In this document: piece after piece, positions 39,734 through 50,255 of the stretch
How positions within the stretch are numbered: the first letter of the stretch is position 1
How the letters are laid out: each line of letters opens with the position of its first letter
Origin: Bacillota bacterium
Lineage (GTDB): Bacteria; Bacillota; Clostridia; Lachnospirales; Lachnospiraceae
NCBI GenBank assembly: GCA_023423045.1
Contig: JAFAGA010000083.1
Coordinates: 31,934-95,933, forward strand
Reading direction: 5' to 3'
DNA length: 64,000 bases
Position numbers and translations under genes: made by a program
Notes under the pieces: generated by a model
Seen by the model: only the letters and a program-made list of their open reading frames with translations
What the model was told of the DNA's origin: nothing
The model's database searches: none

Positions 39734-39772
39734 TGTAAATCCTCCTTTGCGGTTTTAAGTCTATTGGAATGT

Positions 39773-40672
39773 TCAGGCTGCCCGAAATCGCCAAGCTGCT
39801 GACCCTGAAAGAGCTGATGTCAAATGCTCTCTGCAGTTAGCAAACTCCTCTCCAATTAAACCGATGCGGTTTAAATAAGTCCTCATTGCAAATTTTTCAT
39901 TCTCAACTTGTGGTTTCTTAGCTGATGCACATTTTTGCGTTATGGCTTGGTTGTTAATGGCTAGGGCAAGAACTATGTAACTTCTTATCTTACCCGCATG
40001 AAGTTCACTATTAAATCCTCTAAGCTCCACTGTATGGTTTCCTGTGAAAAAGCTATGGAGGTTTAAAAAGTGGTATCGGCTGTTATGGTAATGCGTACCT
40101 CTGCTTTCGCTATAACCCTCATACCAAATATCCTCAAGCTGTCGCATGGTTTTAGGCTTTTTGTGGTTCATTTTCTCGACCAAGATGCTGTCCATTTTTT
40201 TGCAGTAACTCATTCTCTGAGGTGCTATTTGAAGCGCCTTGTAGAAAAGGTCATTCTTGCTCGCAATGATATTCACAAAGTTTCGAATGCTTCTTGGTGT
40301 ATGGTCAGACCCATTAAGATGAATGTGAATTCCGCAAGTTGAATTTGTAAATGCTCCTGCGTGACGAAGCTGTCTGACCAATTCTTGCAATGTTTCTATA
40401 TCTTCTCGGTAGGTAAGTATCGGACTAACCAGCTCAACGCTGTATTCTCTTCCAGCAAAAACTGTTCTTCCCCTTTCTTTCCTTTGGCAATTGATGCTGC
40501 CATCGTACATTACCTTCCATACCCTACCGTCTGCTGTTGTTACCTTCTTGGTGTCGTAGTAGGTGCCACCTTCGGCATAAGCGCCTTGTAAAAATTCCGC
40601 TGCAACCTTGGCTGCTCTTTCTCTTGTAATTCCTGTAAACTCAATCTCGATTCCGAATTTTGCTCTTAACAT
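39773..40672 (-). CDS. Putative amidoligase (COOH-NH2 ligase type 2)
   Basis: FGIEIE, DGSI, ELVSPIL, CGIHIH, SRY..LN, TVELR.F. Confidence 0.88.
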   Translation of the reverse strand: MLRAKFGIEIEFTGITRERAAKVAAEFLQGAYAEGGTYYDTKKVTTADGRVWKVMYDGSINCQRKERGRTVFAGREYSVELVSPILTYREDIETLQELVRQLRHAGAFTNSTCGIHIHLNGSDHTPRSIRNFVNIIASKNDLFYKALQIAPQRMSYCKKMDSILVEKMNHKKPKTMRQLEDIWYEGYSESRGTHYHNSRYHFLNLHSFFTGNHTVELRGFNSELHAGKIRSYIVLALAINNQAITQKCASAKKPQVENEKFAMRTYLNRIGLIGEEFANCREHLTSALSGSAAWRFRAA

Positions 40673-40820
40673 TGTTTTTCGCTCCTTTTAAAGTGTGTGT
40701 ATGTCCTTTCGGCATGTATATATATCACTCTAAAAGGGATATATAGCAAGGGAATTACGCGATAATGTGAAGCATAAACCACACAATCTTTCTGTGTATT
40801 TCCAAGGAAAAATGTGTAGT

Positions 40821-41048
40821 TTACTCTTCTGTTTTCTTACATGAGTCCTCACCAAAAACTACTCCAAGAGAGCCTCCCCTATCCCATTTCACATGAATTG
40901 TACCCATGTCATCAACACTGATAACCGTTCCTCTATCTCCTGGCATAAGTTTCGTATACAGATCATTCATTTCTATAAGAACTACTCTCGTTCCAGGTGT
41001 ATAATAATCCCTTAACTGTTTTAATGTTTCTGGATGTATTTTTTTCAT
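40821..41048 (-). CDS. DUF4314-like protein
   Basis: GTRVVLIEMND...GDRGTV..VDD.G.IHV.WD.G.SL. Confidence 0.8.
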   Translation of the reverse strand: MKKIHPETLKQLRDYYTPGTRVVLIEMNDLYTKLMPGDRGTVISVDDMGTIHVKWDRGGSLGVVFGEDSCKKTEE

Positions 41049-41737
41049 TACTGCTCCGCCTCCTCAACCTTAGTTGGTGCACTTTTAAATGCCGAACTTC
41101 CTGTTAGCTTCGAAAGCAGAATCTTACGCAATGTCTTGTAATCAGGCCCGATGAAGCCAAGGCGAAGAAGGAAGCAGCGGAAAGCATATTTTTCATTATC
41201 TACTTCCTTTGCTGTTGCGCTTATTCTCACCTGTGTCTTTGCCATCTCGCATATTGCTGTAATAAAATGTGAGTAGGCGTTAACCTCATCAGCGTCTAAT
41301 TCAAAGGTAAACCAAGGAAAGCGGAGTGTTTCTTCTGTATACTCAATCGGAAGTGTAGCAACACCAAGTGCTTTCTTTATAAGATTCCCTTTGCTTTTAA
41401 TTAACTTTTCAAGGTTTTCAATAGCAGTATCCGTAAAATTCTCCTTAGGCATCTCAATTACAAGCAAGCCAGAGGCGCCTGTGTTGCCATGTGTCGCGTT
41501 TTCAAGCGCCTCAAAGGCAAACCCCCGACCTGCAAGTCCATCGAGCAGTGTTTTCACTGTTTCGCTGTTTGAAGAACCATCAAAGATAAGTGTTCCTTCC
41601 TTATCCACCTCAAAGCTATCAATATCATAAATGAACGTAGGTGCTCCTCTATAAACTGGTTTTGTTTCAAGAATCTCACCGATTGCAGTTACCAGTGCTT
41701 TTCGATCACTACCTGTGCGATTAAATCTTATTTCCAT
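41048..41737 (-). CDS. Conserved phage protein (often labelled 'virulence-related protein')
   Basis: RKALV.AI...Y.GAPTF.Y, FPWF, NEKYAFRCFLLRLGFIG..YK..RK.LL..L.G.SAF. Confidence 0.7.
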   Translation of the reverse strand: MEIRFNRTGSDRKALVTAIGEILETKPVYRGAPTFIYDIDSFEVDKEGTLIFDGSSNSETVKTLLDGLAGRGFAFEALENATHGNTGASGLLVIEMPKENFTDTAIENLEKLIKSKGNLIKKALGVATLPIEYTEETLRFPWFTFELDADEVNAYSHFITAICEMAKTQVRISATAKEVDNEKYAFRCFLLRLGFIGPDYKTLRKILLSKLTGSSAFKSAPTKVEEAEQ

Positions 41738-41885
41738 ATCTCATACCACCTTTCTTTTTGGTAGTGTTATATATCACTCTAAGCCGATCAAATAGCAAGT
41801 GGTATGTGGTTATTATTTTACATTCTACGATTTACACAAATCTAAGCCTCAAAAATAAACTTATACGATACCTACTCCTCCGTAT

Positions 41886-43112
41886 TCACTCGGGTAAATC
41901 ACAATATTTGTACTTGGATCCATCTCTAATAAGAAAAACATCATCCGAGCTTCCCACTTGCTCGATATATCTCTTTACAATGACATCACAATACTTTTCA
42001 TCCAATTCGATTGTGTAACAGATGCGTTCTGTCTGCTCACAGGCAATGAGCGTACTTCCTGAACCACCGAATGGGTCGAGTACAATGCAATTAGAAAGGC
42101 TTGAGTTCATGATGGGGTATGCTACTAAAGCTACTGGTTTCATGGTAGGATGATCTCCGTTTTTCTTCGGTTTTTCAAACTCCCATATGGTGGTCTGCTT
42201 TCTATCAGAATACCAGTTATGCTTTCCTTTCTTTTTCCAACCAAAGAGCACAGGTTCATGCTGCCACTGGTAAGGTGAGCGACCTAGAACCAGAGATTGT
42301 TTTTTCCAAATACAAGTACCGGATAAATAAAATCCCGCATCGGCAAAAGCTTTTCTGAAGTTGAATCCTTCCGTGTCAGCATGGAACACATAAATAGAAG
42401 CGTCCTTTGCCATTGCTGCTTCGCAATTTTTTAAGGCCGCTAGCAGAAAATCATAGAACGCTTCGTTCTCCATATTGTCATTTTTAATCTTACCTGCGGT
42501 ACTTTCATAGTTAACGTTGTATGGCGGATCAGTAACTACTAGATTGGCAGCTTTTCCATCCATCAAGACATTAAACGTGTCTTTCTTTGTACTGTCTCCG
42601 CATACCAATCGATGCTGTCCAAGTATCCAAACATCGCCTAAATGCGAAACAGCGGGCTTTTTCAGCTCGCTGTCCACATCGAAATCATCTTCTTTTATTT
42701 TATCCTTAAGGGAATCCTTAAACAGGTCATCCAACTCACCAGGGTCAAAACCTGTCAGAGATACATCAAAGTCTGAGGCATTTAGATCAGTGATTAAAAG
42801 AGCCAGTTTATCTTTATCCCAATCGCCACTTATTTTATTAAGAGCAATATTAAGTGCCTTCTCTTTTTCTTCATCCATCTCGATGATTACACACTCTACT
42901 TCGGTAATTCCCATACTAAGTAGAACCTTCAAACGCTGATGGCCACCTACTACATGACCTGTTGTTTTATTCCATATAACGGGTTCAACATATCCAAACT
43001 CCTCTAGGGAACGTTTTAATTTCTCATACTCTGGATCACCAGGCTTTAAATCCTTTCTAGGATTATAGTCGGCTGGGATTAATAACTCAGTCTTTAATTT
43101 TTCTATCAGCAT
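41886..43112 (-). CDS. ParB-like N-terminus fused to N6/N4 DNA methyltransferase
   Basis: YNPRK...VGGHQRL (ParB-like); TDPPYNV, HPTMKP, LDPFGGSGST. Confidence 0.92.
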   Translation of the reverse strand: MLIEKLKTELLIPADYNPRKDLKPGDPEYEKLKRSLEEFGYVEPVIWNKTTGHVVGGHQRLKVLLSMGITEVECVIIEMDEEKEKALNIALNKISGDWDKDKLALLITDLNASDFDVSLTGFDPGELDDLFKDSLKDKIKEDDFDVDSELKKPAVSHLGDVWILGQHRLVCGDSTKKDTFNVLMDGKAANLVVTDPPYNVNYESTAGKIKNDNMENEAFYDFLLAALKNCEAAMAKDASIYVFHADTEGFNFRKAFADAGFYLSGTCIWKKQSLVLGRSPYQWQHEPVLFGWKKKGKHNWYSDRKQTTIWEFEKPKKNGDHPTMKPVALVAYPIMNSSLSNCIVLDPFGGSGSTLIACEQTERICYTIELDEKYCDVIVKRYIEQVGSSDDVFLIRDGSKYKYCDLPE

Positions 43113-44268
43113 ATTTCTCCACCGCCTTTCTAAACTCAGAATATTTATCTACATCCTCCCAAGGGAATAACCAACTATTAAAGTGACCATAAACAGCTGT
43201 GTCAGAATAAATCACATCTCTTAGACGCAACTTTTCGATGATAGCAGCTGGCTTTAAGTTGAAAACCTCATCTACTGCTAGTGTTAAAATCTCTTCAGAT
43301 ACCGTACCTGTTCCAAAGGTGTTCACGGAAAAGGCAACAGGATTTGCTTTACCAATAGCATAGGAAATACTAACTTCACACCTTTTTGCAAAGTCGCACC
43401 AAATTATATGCTTCGCAATATACCGTGCCATATAAGCACCACTACGATCTACCTTTGTTGGATCTTTGCCGGAAAGTGCTCCGCCACCATGAGAAGCAAG
43501 ACCTCCATAGGTATCGACCATCAGCTTTCGTCCGGTAAGTCCTGTATCTGCTGCCGGGCCACCAAGAACAAATCTGCCCGATGGATTTACAAGAATTTCC
43601 GTCTCGTTATCAAAGGGAAAATCCTCAAAGCACTGCCATAGAACATTATTTAAAATGTCGGCTTTCAGCTCTTCTTGGCTTTTGTCTGCTTTATGCTGAA
43701 CTGAAACAACTATGGTTTTTACCCTAATAGGAATATCCCCATCATATTCTACCGTTACTTGCGCTTTGCCATCGGGAAGGATACCTTTTATTAGTTTTCC
43801 TTTGCGGACATCATCAAGTCTTTTTACAATTCTATGAGAAAGCACAAGGGGAAGTGGTAGCATCTCACGGGTTTCACTTGTAGCATATCCGTACATGGTT
43901 CCCTGATCACCTGCACCAATAGAACCATATTGCTCGTTTATTCCGTTTCTAACTTCAAGGGCCACATTAACTCCTGAGCCAATATCTTTACTCTGATTAT
44001 GTACATATACATAAATCAGGAAGCGTTTCGGATTATAGCCTACTTTTCTAAGAACATTTCTTACGACAAAACGAATGTCGACCTTCTCGCTACAGGTGAT
44101 CTCGCCCGCTACGATTATTTTACCTTTTGTAGCCATAACCTCACAGGCAACACGTGATGCTCTGTCTTTGCGTAGACATGTTTCTAAAATGCTATCTGCG
44201 ATGATGTCACATAATTTATCTGGATGCCCAGCACATACACTTTCAGCTGATAAATATCTTTTACTCAT
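43087..44268 (-). CDS. metK: S-adenosylmethionine synthetase (phage-borne)
   Basis: ESV..GHPDK, GAGDQG, DGKAQVT, GGP.ADTGLTGRK, GGGALSGKDPTKVDRS. Confidence 0.95.
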   Translation of the reverse strand: MSKRYLSAESVCAGHPDKLCDIIADSILETCLRKDRASRVACEVMATKGKIIVAGEITCSEKVDIRFVVRNVLRKVGYNPKRFLIYVYVHNQSKDIGSGVNVALEVRNGINEQYGSIGAGDQGTMYGYATSETREMLPLPLVLSHRIVKRLDDVRKGKLIKGILPDGKAQVTVEYDGDIPIRVKTIVVSVQHKADKSQEELKADILNNVLWQCFEDFPFDNETEILVNPSGRFVLGGPAADTGLTGRKLMVDTYGGLASHGGGALSGKDPTKVDRSGAYMARYIAKHIIWCDFAKRCEVSISYAIGKANPVAFSVNTFGTGTVSEEILTLAVDEVFNLKPAAIIEKLRLRDVIYSDTAVYGHFNSWLFPWEDVDKYSEFRKAVEKYADRKIKD

Positions 44269-44285
44269 TATTAATCTCCTCATCT

Positions 44286-44846
44286 TTATTTTCCTCTACG
44301 AGCAGTTAGCAATCGCTCCATCACATCATCCTGTGGGTTTGAGCTACCATACTCGGTCGCACAATTTTCTCGAACAATCTGATATATCTCCATCCAAAGT
44401 CTGTTTGTTTGGCTCATAAAATTCTGGCTCATAGCCACATAAGGACTTTGAATAGCATTTCCAGTGGTTGGGTGTTTGGCAAGAAAACCAAACTCCGTTA
44501 CTGCTTCCTCACACTGTATCCACCTAGCAGCACTCATGGCATAACGTTCTAAAAGTTGTGGAAGCACTAAATGTGCACATCCACGTTCCTCAAGCCATTG
44601 CCATGTGATCTCATAGATTTCTGATGCTACAAGTGTCTTTCCATCCTTCTGAACAGCTGAGAGCATTGCTCTTGGTTGCGGCATCTCCTGTCCCTTTAGG
44701 TCAGCAGTATTTTGAAAATCTACAACCTCAAGTTTTCTTTTCCCTGGATTACCTTCAGCAATTTTGTCAGCCAGTGGCTTCTTCTTCTGACCGGAACCGA
44801 TACGAGCACCTCCACGATTTGTTCCGTCTTTCGCCATTTTGCTCAC
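44286..44846 (-). CDS. terS: Terminase small subunit (P27 family)
   Basis: GTNRGGARIGSG.KKK, GNPGKR, HPTTG..I.SPYV, DDVMERLL. Confidence 0.85.
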   Translation of the reverse strand: MSKMAKDGTNRGGARIGSGQKKKPLADKIAEGNPGKRKLEVVDFQNTADLKGQEMPQPRAMLSAVQKDGKTLVASEIYEITWQWLEERGCAHLVLPQLLERYAMSAARWIQCEEAVTEFGFLAKHPTTGNAIQSPYVAMSQNFMSQTNRLWMEIYQIVRENCATEYGSSNPQDDVMERLLTARRGK

Positions 44847-44869
44847 CTCTTTTCGTTGTAGGGCCTATT

Positions 44870-44950
44870 TACCCTGTTTGAAATCGCGAATTTTCGCGTG
44901 ATACCCCACGCCCGTTGCACAATTGAAAAGCTGTGGAGATTCTCATCCCC
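44870..44950. other. Candidate cos packaging region
   Basis: GC-rich intergenic tract between HNH and terS (minus strand CGGGCGTGGGG; palindrome CGCGAATTTTCGCG), the usual cos position in HNH-terS-terL phages. Confidence 0.45.
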
Positions 44951-45310
44951 CTACCGGGTTCTCCAACGACCCCCATCTCTTGCAGTGATAGTAGAATGAC
45001 AAGGAGTACAAAGTGCCATCAGATTCCTTTTATCATGAGTTCCACCTTTTGAAAGTGGTAAGATATGATGTACCTCATTTGCTGGTGTCAGCCTTCCATT
45101 CTTCCTACACTCTTCACAGAGAGGGTGAGCTGCAATATAACTATCTCGAATGCGCTTCCAGGCTCGACCATAACGCCTTCTTGTTTCAGGGTCACGGTCA
45201 TACTTTTCATACCGTGATGCTTCCTTCTTTGCATGCTCCTCACAAAAGCGACCATCAGTTAACTCAGGACAGCTAGGATATGAACAAGGTCGCTTAGGTT
45301 TCCTTGGCAT
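44951..45310 (-). CDS. HNH endonuclease (packaging-associated)
   Basis: PLCEEC...EVHHILPLSKGGTH...NLMALCTPCH, adjacent to terS. Confidence 0.92.
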   Translation of the reverse strand: MPRKPKRPCSYPSCPELTDGRFCEEHAKKEASRYEKYDRDPETRRRYGRAWKRIRDSYIAAHPLCEECRKNGRLTPANEVHHILPLSKGGTHDKRNLMALCTPCHSTITARDGGRWRTR

Positions 45311-45428
45311 TTGCTTCACCTCATTTTTGGGCATAACAAAAGCCACCAAGGATCTCTCCTGCGGTGGCCTGTGTCTATACTTTCTACAATACTATTATAC
45401 TATATTCTGTAATAACATCAACTCTCCT

Positions 45429-45845
45429 TTACTCTCCACTTGCATTAATAACAACCTTCTTTAGTGCTCTATCACGCATTCGATAAGTATGCTGAATGCT
45501 ATATCCCATCTTGATAGCAACTTCCTCCCATGTGCAGCCACAAAGAAAACGAAGCTCAAGCAATGTCTGGTATTCCTTATTTTCTACTGCTTTGATACTA
45601 GCAGCAATCTGCCGCTTAATGTCCATTAACTGATGTATGTCACGATCAATTTCTCTTTGAAGATCCACAATCTTTGCAACTACATTTGCCATAGAGGATA
45701 CGCTATGGTTGGGATTACGAGGCATACCACTGATAGTAGAGGTGCATTTTGTTGCCAGTTCATTTAAGGAAGAAAGCTGTTCAAGCTTGCTGTCGATGCG
45801 AAGATCAAGTCGGTAAGCTTGGCTAAGAAAATCTAAAGCAGTCAT
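45429..45845 (-). CDS. RinA/ArpU-like late transcription activator
   Basis: LLELRFL...WEEVA..MGYS...YR.R.RAL, upstream of the packaging genes. Confidence 0.8.
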   Translation of the reverse strand: MTALDFLSQAYRLDLRIDSKLEQLSSLNELATKCTSTISGMPRNPNHSVSSMANVVAKIVDLQREIDRDIHQLMDIKRQIAASIKAVENKEYQTLLELRFLCGCTWEEVAIKMGYSIQHTYRMRDRALKKVVINASGE

Positions 45846-45846
45846 A

Positions 45847-46167
45847 TTAGCCCACCTCCATTTCACGAATCTGCTTTAATAGAACATCACCATCCAGAGC
45901 AGTGAGCTCCCCAAACCAACCGGATCGGAAAAAGCGTTCTACATCATCCCGCTCTCCTTCATTTTTAATGATATTATTTAGCAGAGTAATCTTTCGAATA
46001 TCCTTTTTCGCTTCCTCAGTATCTAGATCAGGAGTATGTGGATGGTGTTTTAGGAAATGGATTGCTTCTCGGTAGTCCTTAACTGCCTGTATGATAATGG
46101 CATTTGCTAGATTGGAAAATCCATCTTCAACTATAAAAGGTTTAGCTTGATTATTGTTTTTGTACAT
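45847..46167 (-). CDS. Conserved phage hypothetical protein
   Basis: NLANAIIIQAVKDYR...VERFFRSGWF..LT.LDG. Confidence 0.75.
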   Translation of the reverse strand: MYKNNNQAKPFIVEDGFSNLANAIIIQAVKDYREAIHFLKHHPHTPDLDTEEAKKDIRKITLLNNIIKNEGERDDVERFFRSGWFGELTALDGDVLLKQIREMEVG

Positions 46168-46221
46168 AAACAGTACCTCCGATTTTAGAATTTTAATTCC
46201 CTCGGATTTACTCAGATTGTC

Positions 46222-47595
46222 TCAGATTTGCAGATTAGCCTTTACAGCATCGATTAATGCGGATTGTGTGTTATCCTTATCCGATAAAGCTCGAAGAATT
46301 CTCTCATCAATCGTTCCAGCGGCAACTATGTGCTGCACCACAACGGTATTTTCTATCTGCCCTTGTCTCCACAACCTTGCTATTGTTTGTTGATATAGTT
46401 CCAAGGACCATGTCATACCAAACCAGACAATGGTGGATCCACCAGATTGGAGATTAAGGCCATGACCCGCACTCGCAGGATGTATTAATGCTACGTGAAG
46501 CTTACCAGCACTCCACTTTTGGATACTTTTATCTGTATTAAGCTGTGAGAATTCTACTTTTAATTTATTCAGCCTCTCTGTGATACGCTCCAAATCATGT
46601 CGAAACCAATAAGCCACTAAGATTGGCTTACCATTTGCTGCTTCAATAATATCCTCCAAAGCGTCCAGTTTTTTGTCGTGGATATACACGATTTCATTTG
46701 TATCGGAATACACTGCACCATTTGCCATTTGGCAAAGCTTCCCTGAAAGTGCTCCCGCGTTTGCTGCTGTAATATCATCATCGTTACGAAAAGGAAGCAT
46801 CAAATCCTTTTTCATATCATCGTATAAATCCTGTTCTTCTGGATCTAAATAAACCAAATAGTTAGAATTAATTAATTCTGGCATTTGTATATAGTCGGTG
46901 GATTTCATAGAAATCGTAATGTCCGATATCTTGGCATAAATCCGTTGCTCAGCTCCCGGTAATAATTTATAGCTATAAACAATCTGACCATTCATTCTAT
47001 CTGGCTTAAAGTAGTTGTTACGAAACTGGGTGATAAATCTTCCAAGGCGCACACCCATATCAAGCACACGAAACTCAGCAAACAAATCCATCAAACCGTT
47101 ACTACTTGGTGTTCCTGTAAGGCCTACTACTCTTTTTATCTTTGGTCTTACCTTCATAAAGGCTCTAAATCTCTTTGACTGCCAGTTCTTAAATGAAGAT
47201 AGCTCATCGATTACAACCATGTCGTAATCAAATGGAAGATTGCTTTTCTCGATTAGCCATTGAAGATTCTCACGATTGATAATGTAAATATCAGCTTTGG
47301 CTTTTAGTGCTGTAAGTCTTTCAGATTCCGTTCCAACTGCTAAGGAATACTCCAAATCCTCTCTTAGATGATTCCACTTAGTTATTTCTGCAGACCAGGT
47401 ATTTCTTGCCACCCTTAACGGTGCTACTACTAAAACCTTGTGAATTTCAAAGTAATCAAACAACAAGTCATTAATTGCAGTCAAAGTAATACTTGTTTTT
47501 CCCAGACCCATATCTAAAAAGACAGCTGCAATGGGATGTGTTTTGATATATTCGATAGCATATTGCTGGTAGCTATGTGGATTGTATTGCATCAA
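46222..47595 (-). CDS. SNF2-family helicase
   Basis: DMGLGKT, DELS, LTGTP, SAGHGLNLQ, RLWRQGQ. Confidence 0.93.
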   Translation of the reverse strand: MMQYNPHSYQQYAIEYIKTHPIAAVFLDMGLGKTSITLTAINDLLFDYFEIHKVLVVAPLRVARNTWSAEITKWNHLREDLEYSLAVGTESERLTALKAKADIYIINRENLQWLIEKSNLPFDYDMVVIDELSSFKNWQSKRFRAFMKVRPKIKRVVGLTGTPSSNGLMDLFAEFRVLDMGVRLGRFITQFRNNYFKPDRMNGQIVYSYKLLPGAEQRIYAKISDITISMKSTDYIQMPELINSNYLVYLDPEEQDLYDDMKKDLMLPFRNDDDITAANAGALSGKLCQMANGAVYSDTNEIVYIHDKKLDALEDIIEAANGKPILVAYWFRHDLERITERLNKLKVEFSQLNTDKSIQKWSAGKLHVALIHPASAGHGLNLQSGGSTIVWFGMTWSLELYQQTIARLWRQGQIENTVVVQHIVAAGTIDERILRALSDKDNTQSALIDAVKANLQI

Positions 47596-47854
47596 TTATC
47601 CCTCCGATTTTTTCTACCGAATCTAAGACATACACCTTAAATCCCAAATGACAAAGTAACTTATGTCTACTAAGCTGCAATGGTCTTTGTTTTTCACCAA
47701 GTGCTTTTACTTCCACAAATCCAAACTTTCCTTCTGGTAGTAACACCAATCTATCCGGCATTCCCGAAAAGCTAGGTGATGTAAACTTCGGGCAAATGCC
47801 ACCTTTGGCTTTCACTGCTACAACAAGTTTTTGTTCTATAATCTTCTCACGCAT
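47573..47854 (-). CDS. VRR-NUC nuclease
   Basis: GMPDRLVL...FVEVKA...PLQ. Confidence 0.9.
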   Translation of the reverse strand: MREKIIEQKLVVAVKAKGGICPKFTSPSFSGMPDRLVLLPEGKFGFVEVKALGEKQRPLQLSRHKLLCHLGFKVYVLDSVEKIGGIIDAIQST

Positions 47855-48002
47855 TTTCTTGCATACCTTTCCATCAAGATTATTAGGGGTGTGGAGGTCT
47901 TTGGAGGCTGAATCTATAACTTTATATATAGGCTATTTTTTTACCCCTATAAGAGAGTTTATATATCAAGTTCCATTGACCTCCACATATAGCTATAAAG
48001 CC

Positions 48003-50255
48003 TTATTCTTCAAGGAATTCCGCTTTTAGCTTAAGTCCTAGAATCAGATTATTATCACGGGTTCTTTTACGGTCGAATCCGGAGGTTTCTAGTGCTGCAT
48101 AGAAATCTGCTGTACCACGAGTAAACTCACCCACCTGCATGCAATAAGCACGGTATGAGCTGTAAACTTCACTAGACTTTGCACTATAAGAGCTACCCAC
48201 TTCGCAACAATCGGTTAGATAATGTGAAAGCCAATCGTTATTCTCCTTATATGACTGGATTGCAGCCTTTACTTTCTCTGGCGTTTCAATCTTGAATTTA
48301 TGTCCGATTACCTTCGTAGCACCTTCAATCACCCACGCAAGAATTGCACCTCCTGCATTTTCAAGAAGATAATCTGCATAGTTCTTCACATCTGCATTGC
48401 CTTCTATTTTTGCACTAAAAGGAATTACAATAAGACGACGCCAGGTGCCTTTATCGATAGCTCCGACCTTAGGTAGGTGGTTGGTATAAAGCACCAATGT
48501 ATGGCTTGGAATATAGCTGAATGGATCCTTGTACTTTTTCTCTGCGTAAATCTCATCGGTAGAACAAAGCTGTTTCACATTTGATGTATTTAGGCGCATT
48601 CCCTCTTCCATCTCTGCAGCGATCATTAATCTCTTTCCCTTCGCTTCAGCTAATTCCGGCTTAACATTTCTACGGCATCCAACGGTCAACATATCTGCAG
48701 AGATATTACCACTATAAGAACCAAGTACTCTAGCTATTACATTCCAGAAGGTTGACTTACCATTACGACCATCCCCGTAGGCAATAATTAGTGCTTCCAC
48801 ATATACTTTTCCTATGGCGGCAAGGCCTACAATCTCTTGAACATAATGGATGAGTTCTAAATCCCCACAGAAGAATGTATTTAGAGCAGCTTCCCATAGA
48901 TCAGCACCTTCCGTACCAGGGTCTACTATTGTCTGCTTTGTAATAAAATCAAGTGGATCATGTGTCATAATAGAACCTAATCCCTTGCGTAGGTCATATG
49001 TTCCCGATGGTGTATTTAATAGAAACTCATCCGCATCCAAATTACACTGCTCTATCTCCAACATTGGCCGAGCTTCTTTTAAGGCAGATGAGATGTATTT
49101 GGAGTCACGACGTTTAATGGCATAGTTGCGATAAAGCTGTGCTGTCTGGTATTTTTCAAAGGAATGCCTTTGCTGTTCATTAAAAGCTGATGCCGCTTTC
49201 TTTGGTCCCATTGCAACAAGCATCTCCCAAGCACCATTTTGCAACATTTCATTCGTAGCCTTATGCATCTCAGTTTCCGCTTCCTCCAACTGCCTTGCTG
49301 TAAGTTCCTGTGCCACTGCCTGAGCCTTTGGTTTTGACTCCTCCCAGTAGCTTCCGTTGTATACGATGTAATCTGTGGATGGTGAATAACGCAAACTATC
49401 ACAATATTCTCTTGATAAAACAATTGCTTGGCCTACATCGGAAAAATCATCCGGCTTTAACTTCATATCTGTGTTGTACTGTTCTGGTGGAATGTAGCTC
49501 TCCTGAGAAGATACATATTTTCCAAACTTTACAGCACTGTTCCAGATAGTCTTTAATTCTGCTTCTTCAAGCGGTGGATTGCACTTCTCTGCCTTCTTTA
49601 GAAAAATAGCATATGCCTCATCGGTGTTTCCATAACGAACAACGAGTTTACCTGCAATACCCGACATCGTATTGTTTCGATTTCCTTCTAGAATTTCATC
49701 CTGTGAATTATCCCATTCTTCAAATTTATTATCTTGCAGAAAGTCTACGATACTTTTTTCTCCTCTGTAGAGTTCTACCTCAGCATTGGCTGTTCCAAAT
49801 AAAAATCTCGCGCTATCAAGAGCATTGTTATCAAAATAAGGGAAGCACGATGTGATTTCCTTTTTTAACGCTGAGTATACTTTTGCATCTGTTACTGGAG
49901 GTATTGGAAAAAACACATGAAATCTGGGACGCGGCGACCTACTATCCTTCTGTAGCATATTGCTTCTACTATAAACAACAGCAAAAGAAACATTAGGGAA
50001 GGCAAAAGCAACTTCTAATGGTGTTACCCAATCATCCGGATTATCTGAATGATCATTATCGCAGTCGAGAGGTATATTATCCGCCCTGATGAAATTCAAG
50101 CTACTACGATAATTACCCTTATACTCTGCCGAGACATGGTCATGTGCAGCCGCTTGCTTCAAAGAGGCTTCATCAGTAATAACTGTCTTATGAGGATAAA
50201 CGCAATTTGATTGACTCCCCACACTGTCTGATGTATATAAAGTAAACTGCTTCAT
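48003..50255 (-). CDS. P4-family primase/SF3 helicase
   Basis: DCD and RPRFH primase motifs, PriCT (EGNRNNT, CNPPL), LLNTPSG..DL, GDGRNGKST Walker A, WRRL. Confidence 0.92.
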   Translation of the reverse strand: MKQFTLYTSDSVGSQSNCVYPHKTVITDEASLKQAAAHDHVSAEYKGNYRSSLNFIRADNIPLDCDNDHSDNPDDWVTPLEVAFAFPNVSFAVVYSRSNMLQKDSRSPRPRFHVFFPIPPVTDAKVYSALKKEITSCFPYFDNNALDSARFLFGTANAEVELYRGEKSIVDFLQDNKFEEWDNSQDEILEGNRNNTMSGIAGKLVVRYGNTDEAYAIFLKKAEKCNPPLEEAELKTIWNSAVKFGKYVSSQESYIPPEQYNTDMKLKPDDFSDVGQAIVLSREYCDSLRYSPSTDYIVYNGSYWEESKPKAQAVAQELTARQLEEAETEMHKATNEMLQNGAWEMLVAMGPKKAASAFNEQQRHSFEKYQTAQLYRNYAIKRRDSKYISSALKEARPMLEIEQCNLDADEFLLNTPSGTYDLRKGLGSIMTHDPLDFITKQTIVDPGTEGADLWEAALNTFFCGDLELIHYVQEIVGLAAIGKVYVEALIIAYGDGRNGKSTFWNVIARVLGSYSGNISADMLTVGCRRNVKPELAEAKGKRLMIAAEMEEGMRLNTSNVKQLCSTDEIYAEKKYKDPFSYIPSHTLVLYTNHLPKVGAIDKGTWRRLIVIPFSAKIEGNADVKNYADYLLENAGGAILAWVIEGATKVIGHKFKIETPEKVKAAIQSYKENNDWLSHYLTDCCEVGSSYSAKSSEVYSSYRAYCMQVGEFTRGTADFYAALETSGFDRKRTRDNNLILGLKLKAEFLEE

